A DNA stretch of 64,000 nt, taken from contig CAYOAT010000001.1 in the NCBI GenBank assembly GCA_964402215.1, positions 134,703-198,702 on the forward strand, read 5' to 3'. The DNA comes from an uncultured Candidatus Saccharibacteria bacterium (GTDB taxonomy: Bacteria > Patescibacteriota > Minisyncoccia > Phycocordibacterales > JAACPR01). Below, piece by piece: positions 58,749 through 64,000 of this stretch (the stretch's first letter is position 1; every line of letters begins with the position of its first letter). The notes under the pieces were generated by a model. The model worked only from the letters and a program-made list of their open reading frames with translations. It ran no database searches and was not told where the DNA came from. The translations under genes and the position numbers were made by a program.

Positions 58749-59516
58749 ATGGAGGGAATAAAATATAAAAAAATAGAAGATTCAGGATCCGGACCCGAAG
58801 AAATAAAAACTTTATTTCGTGGTGTCTGGGCTGATGAATTATATAGTGGCCAAGAATTGCCAGTTGGTGGTTCTATTTTTTCTGAAGAATTAACATCGAA
58901 ATTAAAACTTGATTTTGATAATTTTGAAGACGACCTCGGCGGCTATACAGAAGAAAATATGATTGATGTTTTTAAAACTGGTGAAAATCAAAAACAGTAT
59001 GAAGAATATTTAAACGTATACGAATCTGATGTTGATTCATATTTACATTTTATTTGTTTTCAAATTCAAAATAAAGTAGCGCGTCTATTGGAAATTGATC
59101 CGGTCAAGAGAATAAATGCAATGCAAAGAAATCAAATGTTTAGTGACGGGATACCTAATTTGTCGGATTTAAAAGGAAAATCAATGTGTGCAGAAAGAGC
59201 CGCACTCGCTCAATTTTTATTACAAAGAATTGGAATTGAATCAGCTTATGTCAGCGGGGTTTCTTCGTCTGTTGAATCTGGTGACGATATGGAGGACCAT
59301 AGCTTTGTTGTTTTGAAAAATCGTGATGGTCAAACTCTGATTTTCGATGTAGCCCGTCCAAATGATTTGGATAATATGCCGGCAGTTTACAAAACCGGTG
59401 AAACTTTTGATTATGAATTATTGGCTGGTAAAGAACATTTACTTGTCGAGGCGGAAGAAGTTTTACATGGAAATAAAGTCTATTTTGGTGTTGGCGACGC
59501 AAATGCGGCTAGATGA
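58749..59516 (+). CDS. Hypothetical protein with transglutaminase-like Cys-His-Asp motif
   Basis: MCAERAALAQFLLQRIGIES..VSG......DHSFVV.......IFD. Confidence 0.6.
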   Translation: MEGIKYKKIEDSGSGPEEIKTLFRGVWADELYSGQELPVGGSIFSEELTSKLKLDFDNFEDDLGGYTEENMIDVFKTGENQKQYEEYLNVYESDVDSYLHFICFQIQNKVARLLEIDPVKRINAMQRNQMFSDGIPNLSDLKGKSMCAERAALAQFLLQRIGIESAYVSGVSSSVESGDDMEDHSFVVLKNRDGQTLIFDVARPNDLDNMPAVYKTGETFDYELLAGKEHLLVEAEEVLHGNKVYFGVGDANAAR

Positions 59517-59527
59517 TTTTGCCAAAT

Positions 59528-60910
59528 CTATATTGAAATTGTTGCAAATTTTAATTGTGCAAATAAGTTCACAATAAACAATATATATTTTAGAAATAAA
59601 TATGGCAGGAATCCGACAAAAATTCCAACATTTTGATTAATAAAAGCAGTTATTCCGGCGATAAATCCAAGTAACATTGTTATAGGTATAAATTGGAGAG
59701 TTACAATATTTACAATTGGTGCGACAATCGACAGCTGACCAGTCATTTTCATTAGAAGCGGTAAAACAGTAATTTGTGTAGAAAACGTTGCAGTAATAAT
59801 TTCCCGTAAATTGAATTTTTCAGTTACAAATGGAAAAAATTTCTTAACAAAACCACTTAAGTTAATTAATCCTAAGGTAGCCAAAAAAGATAATTGAAAG
59901 GAAGGATCATAAAACAAAATCATCGGATTTATGATAATCATTATTGCTCCTGCAAAAAATAATGCTCTATTTACAGAGTAAGTTCGACCTGAAACTCTGG
60001 CAATAATAGCGAGTAATGTCATTACTGTTGATCTAACGACAGTTGCGCCTGAACCAACCATCACGCTAAAAATAATTATTGAAATAATGCCAAATGTGAC
60101 AGAAAATATTTTTGGTAGAAAACCAAAAAACTTAAAAATTGCCTCAGCGATTATTGTCACGTTGTATCCCGAAAGAACAATGATGTGAACAAGTCCAACC
60201 TTTCTAAAATTATTTTCCAAATCAGGACCTAGTGATCTTTTTGAACCTAGTAATATTCCACCGAGGAGTTCTGCCTCGGGTGAGGGGATAACTTTTTGAA
60301 TATTTTCTAAAAAACTTTGTTTGATTTTAAAGATTGATCTAAGAAAATGAAAATTTGTGGCCAAGTCGATAATTTCAATTTTTGGATAATACATCAAAGA
60401 ATAAATTTTGTCCTTTTCTAAAAATTTTATGTAATTAAATTCAATTCCGCTGTCATTAGAAAAGTTTTCGGGTAATAAAACTTTTCCTGTTATTTTTAAT
60501 TTTTGTCCAACCAGAAATTCTGGGTAGGTTGGTATAGTTACGACCATCTTTTCATTCAAAAATATTTTCTGATCATTTATTTCAAGAGAATATAGTTCGA
60601 CGATTAATCTAGTGTTACTTTCTCTAATATCTGGCTCATTAACAATTTCTCCGCTAACAGAGATTTCTTTATCGTTATATTCCAAAATTTTTGATTTAGT
60701 AAAAGTCACTGCACCCCGCCAAATTGTTAAAGTAGAAAACAACGTGACAATAGTGAGGATCACAAAAATTTTCTTTTTTGTGATTGTTAGAAAAAAAATA
60801 CAAACAAAAAATACAATAAACAATTCACCATAATAGTTTCCAAAGAAATTGAATATAATCGAACCAACCATTGTTCCTCCCACGGCACCGTAAATAAATA
60901 GGTTTATCAC
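59528..60910 (-). CDS. comEC: ComEC/Rec2 membrane (competence) domain protein
   Basis: OB-like DUF4131 region, GLVHIIVLSGYNV, ATVVRS, SFQLSF. Confidence 0.9.
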   Translation of the reverse strand: MINLFIYGAVGGTMVGSIIFNFFGNYYGELFIVFFVCIFFLTITKKKIFVILTIVTLFSTLTIWRGAVTFTKSKILEYNDKEISVSGEIVNEPDIRESNTRLIVELYSLEINDQKIFLNEKMVVTIPTYPEFLVGQKLKITGKVLLPENFSNDSGIEFNYIKFLEKDKIYSLMYYPKIEIIDLATNFHFLRSIFKIKQSFLENIQKVIPSPEAELLGGILLGSKRSLGPDLENNFRKVGLVHIIVLSGYNVTIIAEAIFKFFGFLPKIFSVTFGIISIIIFSVMVGSGATVVRSTVMTLLAIIARVSGRTYSVNRALFFAGAIMIIINPMILFYDPSFQLSFLATLGLINLSGFVKKFFPFVTEKFNLREIITATFSTQITVLPLLMKMTGQLSIVAPIVNIVTLQFIPITMLLGFIAGITAFINQNVGIFVGFLPYLFLKYILFIVNLFAQLKFATISI

Positions 60911-60971
60911 TAACTAATTGTGTGATATCAAAACGTATTTTAAAACAAAAAAATTTATTAAAAATTTAACT

Positions 60972-61670
60972 TTACCTCACGCCCCAACTTTTCATTATTT
61001 CAAGCTCATCTTCGGCAGAAATAGTTTTTCTAAACTTTGCACCCTCTTTTCCTTTTACACGCGTTTCACATTCTGACCACGTTGAATGTTTGATCAGTTT
61101 TCCATCCACAAGACTAATGTATGAATATGCTCGAGTATTCCTTCTTTCACGATCTGAAGTTTCTGACATCTCTTCTTTTGAAGGTTCTGAAATATTTATA
61201 TTATAATTTCGAATATCGCCATTAAATAAAATAACTCTATCGCCGTCGCCAAAACCCGTAGCAATCTCATCGGCACGATTATTTCCAGCGATTCCGGCAT
61301 GACCTTTAACCTGAAACCATTCAATTTCTCTATCTTCTACGACTTCATACAAACTCTGCCAAAGATCTTTATTAAGCACATCTTTTTTGTCAGAAGTTTT
61401 CCAATTGTTACGCAGCCAGCCATGAATCCATTTTGTAATTCCATTTATCAAATATCCTGAGTCTGTAAAAATTCTAATTTTACTTCCTACAGGTGTTTTT
61501 TTAAGTGCGTATAATGCAGCCGAAATTTCCATTCTATTATTTGTCGTTTTTGTTTCGCCGTCGCCAATTTCTAAAACATTTTTTCCTTCAACAATAATGG
61601 CGCCATATCCACCAGGTCCAGGATTTCCGCGCGAAGCCCCATCTGTATAAATTAAAATTTTATCGCTCAT
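60972..61670 (-). CDS. rnhA: Ribonuclease HI with C-terminal hybrid-binding-like domain
   Basis: YTDGASRGNPGPGG, TTNNRME, TDSGY, VKGHAG...N.RAD; tail HSTWSECETRVKG. Confidence 0.93.
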   Translation of the reverse strand: MSDKILIYTDGASRGNPGPGGYGAIIVEGKNVLEIGDGETKTTNNRMEISAALYALKKTPVGSKIRIFTDSGYLINGITKWIHGWLRNNWKTSDKKDVLNKDLWQSLYEVVEDREIEWFQVKGHAGIAGNNRADEIATGFGDGDRVILFNGDIRNYNINISEPSKEEMSETSDRERRNTRAYSYISLVDGKLIKHSTWSECETRVKGKEGAKFRKTISAEDELEIMKSWGVR

Positions 61671-61729
61671 ATTATTGCTGAATAGTATAACAAATAATTT
61701 TTTTATAGATATTTTATACAAATTTTATT

Positions 61730-62644
61730 GTGAGTCGTTTAAATTCACATGTGGAACTTTTAAAAAAGATTCAAAAACGAGCAGTATATGTGTTTTTAGG
61801 AGTATTTTTCGTTATCGCAATTTTTATTTACTCAGTATATTTTCAAGAATCTTCTAGGAAATATTTAACCGTTGCATTTCTAGATGTGGGGCAAGGGGAT
61901 TCTATTTTTATAGAAGCCCCGAACGGGAATCAAATTTTAATAGATGGTGGGCCGACAGCTTCTGTAGTTAGGCAACTCTCGAAATATATTCCATTTTATG
62001 ATCGCTCTATTAATATGATTATTTCAACACACTCTGATCTGGATCATATTGGTGGTTTTCCAGAAATTTTCAAACGCTACAAAATTGGTAAATACATTAC
62101 TTCAGACAAAAAAGACTCGGCCGATTTGTATCTTGAACTTGAAAAACTAAACGAAACAGAAAAAGCTGATAGAATTTTTTTGCAATCAGGCGATCGAATC
62201 ATTTTGGACGAAAAAAGAAATATTTATTTAGAGGCGCTGTGGCCTAAGGATTCAAATTCCGCAAATGATAATAACGATACATCAGTTGTAGTTAAATTAA
62301 TCTACGGTAAAAAATCATTTTTGTTGACCGGTGATGCTTCAACATTAGTAGAGAGCGAAATAATTTCATATTTAGGTGATGATTTGTCAAAATCTATACT
62401 GAATAGTGATATTTTAAAAATTGGCCACCACGGTTCAAAAACTTCATCTAGTGATCAATTTGTTAGGTATGTTTCTCCTGAATATTCGATTATTTCCGTT
62501 GGTAAAGATAATAAATTTGGACATCCCGATAAAGAAGTAATTGATTTCTTGGATCAAGAAAAAATAAAAATACTCGAAACGAGTATTTTTGGGTCAATTG
62601 TTTTTGAAACAGACGGGGAGAGTGTCTGGCGGAAAACTAATTAA
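61730..62644 (+). CDS. ComEC-type metallo-beta-lactamase-fold protein
   Basis: FLDVGQGDS, THSDLDHIGG, LLTGDA, KIGHHGS, NKFGHP. Confidence 0.9.
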   Translation: MSRLNSHVELLKKIQKRAVYVFLGVFFVIAIFIYSVYFQESSRKYLTVAFLDVGQGDSIFIEAPNGNQILIDGGPTASVVRQLSKYIPFYDRSINMIISTHSDLDHIGGFPEIFKRYKIGKYITSDKKDSADLYLELEKLNETEKADRIFLQSGDRIILDEKRNIYLEALWPKDSNSANDNNDTSVVVKLIYGKKSFLLTGDASTLVESEIISYLGDDLSKSILNSDILKIGHHGSKTSSSDQFVRYVSPEYSIISVGKDNKFGHPDKEVIDFLDQEKIKILETSIFGSIVFETDGESVWRKTN

Positions 62645-62883
62645 ATAAGACCAGCTTTTTTAAGAGTAATATAAGCTCCTCTTTTTGTAATAGTTTTTAA
62701 ACCTTTTGCAGAAACATTTACGCTGACGCTTTTTCCAAGTTCAGGTACGAAAATTTTCTTTCTTTGGATATTCGCATAACGGCGAGTATTGCCTCCTGGG
62801 TTATATTTTGTAGCACGAGTTCTGTTTGAATATCGTCCGCTAACCTGTGATGATTTTTTTGTTATTGCGCAAGTTTTTGCCAT
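62641..62883 (-). CDS. rpmB: 50S ribosomal protein L28
   Basis: MAKTCAITKK...RRYANIQRKKIF...VSAKGLKTITK. Confidence 0.85.
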   Translation of the reverse strand: MAKTCAITKKSSQVSGRYSNRTRATKYNPGGNTRRYANIQRKKIFVPELGKSVSVNVSAKGLKTITKRGAYITLKKAGLI

Positions 62884-62935
62884 GGTTTTATGTTTGTGCG
62901 TGTCATGCTATCATGTTTATACATTTTTGCAATAT

Positions 62936-63553
62936 ATGGATATACAAACAATTTTTAGTATCGCAATTCTAATAATGTCAGTAATGATTCACGAAGTTTC
63001 GCATGGATATGCCGCACTTTATCTTGGCGATGTAACAGCAAAGTACGCTGGAAGACTTACTTTAAATCCGATAAAGCATATTGATCCTGTTGGTTCGATT
63101 TTGCTCCCTTTCATTTTTGCTATCATGGGTTCCGGTTTAATTTTGGGTTGGGCAAAACCGGTTCCTTATAATCCATATAATTTGCGCAATCAAAGATGGG
63201 GAGAATTAATTGTTGCGATTGCTGGCCCAGCTTCAAACTTTATAATTGCCATTGTTTTTGGTTTATTGATTAGATTTTCAGATATTTTCGGACTTCCAAG
63301 CACTTTTGTAGAATTATCTGCGTCAGTTGTATTAATAAACCTTGTATTGGCTGTTTTTAATCTTATTCCAATTCCACCACTTGATGGATCGAAAATTCTT
63401 TTTGCACTTATTCCCACAGAGAGCGCCCTAAAAATTCGCGCTACCTTTGAAAGATACGGTCTTTTCTTAATATTATTTATTGCTTTTTTTGTGTGGCAAA
63501 TGATTTTACCAATAGTTTTTTACTTGGCTCGACTAATTACTGGTCTAAATTAA
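62936..63553 (+). CDS. Site-2 protease (M50) family
   Basis: HEVSH, GRLTLNP, GWAKPVP, AGPASN, FNLIPIPPLDG; probable start 62936. Confidence 0.92.
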   Translation: MDIQTIFSIAILIMSVMIHEVSHGYAALYLGDVTAKYAGRLTLNPIKHIDPVGSILLPFIFAIMGSGLILGWAKPVPYNPYNLRNQRWGELIVAIAGPASNFIIAIVFGLLIRFSDIFGLPSTFVELSASVVLINLVLAVFNLIPIPPLDGSKILFALIPTESALKIRATFERYGLFLILFIAFFVWQMILPIVFYLARLITGLN

Positions 63554-63616
63554 TATCGAAACAGTCAGGTAGAGTCTTGCATTTTAAATATCTATATAGT
63601 AAAGTACCTTCCACTT

Positions 63617-64000
63617 ATGCCAACAATTAATCAATTGGTAAAAAGAAACCGCAGCAAAGTCGCCAGAAAATCAAAGGCGATTGTTTTGACTCGTGGTTTC
63701 AATACCCAAAAGAACAAACCAACTTTTTATATGTCTCCATTTAAAAGAGGTGTTTGTACAAAAGTTACAACAAAAACTCCAAGAAAGCCGAACTCAGCTA
63801 TTCGTAAAATTGCTCGTGTCAGATTAACTAACGGTGCTGAAATCACTGCTTATATTCCTGGTATTGGTCACAATTTACAAGAGCACTCTGTTGTTTTAGT
63901 TCGTGGAGGTCGAGTAAAAGACGTTAACTTGAAATACACAATTGTACGAGGTGTTCTAGACTCCGAAGGTGTACAAACTCGTCGAAAAGGTCGCAGTCAA
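63617..64000 (+). CDS. rpsL: 30S ribosomal protein S12 (runs off the window)
   Basis: Manual translation MPTINQLV...[27 protein letters not shown]...[16 protein letters not shown]. Confidence 0.97.
   Translation, partial: MPTINQLVKRNRSKVARKSKAIVLTRGFNTQKNKPTFYMSPFKRGVCTKVTTKTPRKPNSAIRKIARVRLTNGAEITAYIPGIGHNLQEHSVVLVRGGRVKDVNLKYTIVRGVLDSEGVQTRRKGRSQ

Noticed and set aside
1-64000. Alternative genetic code (UGA = Gly) as in some CPR lineages
   Set aside because: Conserved genes are full length under code 11, TGA terminates genes such as udg, and no tRNA with a UCA anticodon is present in the window.

Overview
AT-rich chromosomal segment around the replication origin of what looks like a Patescibacteria (CPR, Parcubacteria-like) genome; the taxonomic call is inferred from gene content and style. 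Standard genetic code (TGA is used as a stop). It holds the dnaN-oriC-dnaA / rpmH-rnpA-yidC core, followed directly by an ~11 kb VirB4/PrgI/VirB6-like secretion cluster and a divergent 994-aa modular exported protein. Also present: type IV pilus and competence genes (two PilB/GspE ATPases, pilC, split comEC, comM, yraN), repair and recombination genes (ruvB, ruvC, pcrA, xer, xth, recJ, udg, rnhA), housekeeping genes and four CCA-less tRNAs. Signals the gene list does not explain: (1) a ~205-nt highly structured intergenic RNA candidate at 2307-2510; (2) three or four stand-alone orphan genes, two clearly GC-rich, each with its own near-consensus promoter, Shine-Dalgarno site and terminator, two sharing leader and terminator motifs and one enclosed by inverted plus direct repeats beside the Xer recombinase; (3) a cluster of parS-like palindromes, partly written into the yraN and cca coding sequences, next to DnaA boxes; (4) a homopolymer frameshift in a secretion-cluster gene; (5) unusual alleles (tRNA-Gly A73, S12 TPRKPNS plus a shortened loop, Cys-free family-4 UDG). 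All calls were made by eye, without database searches.
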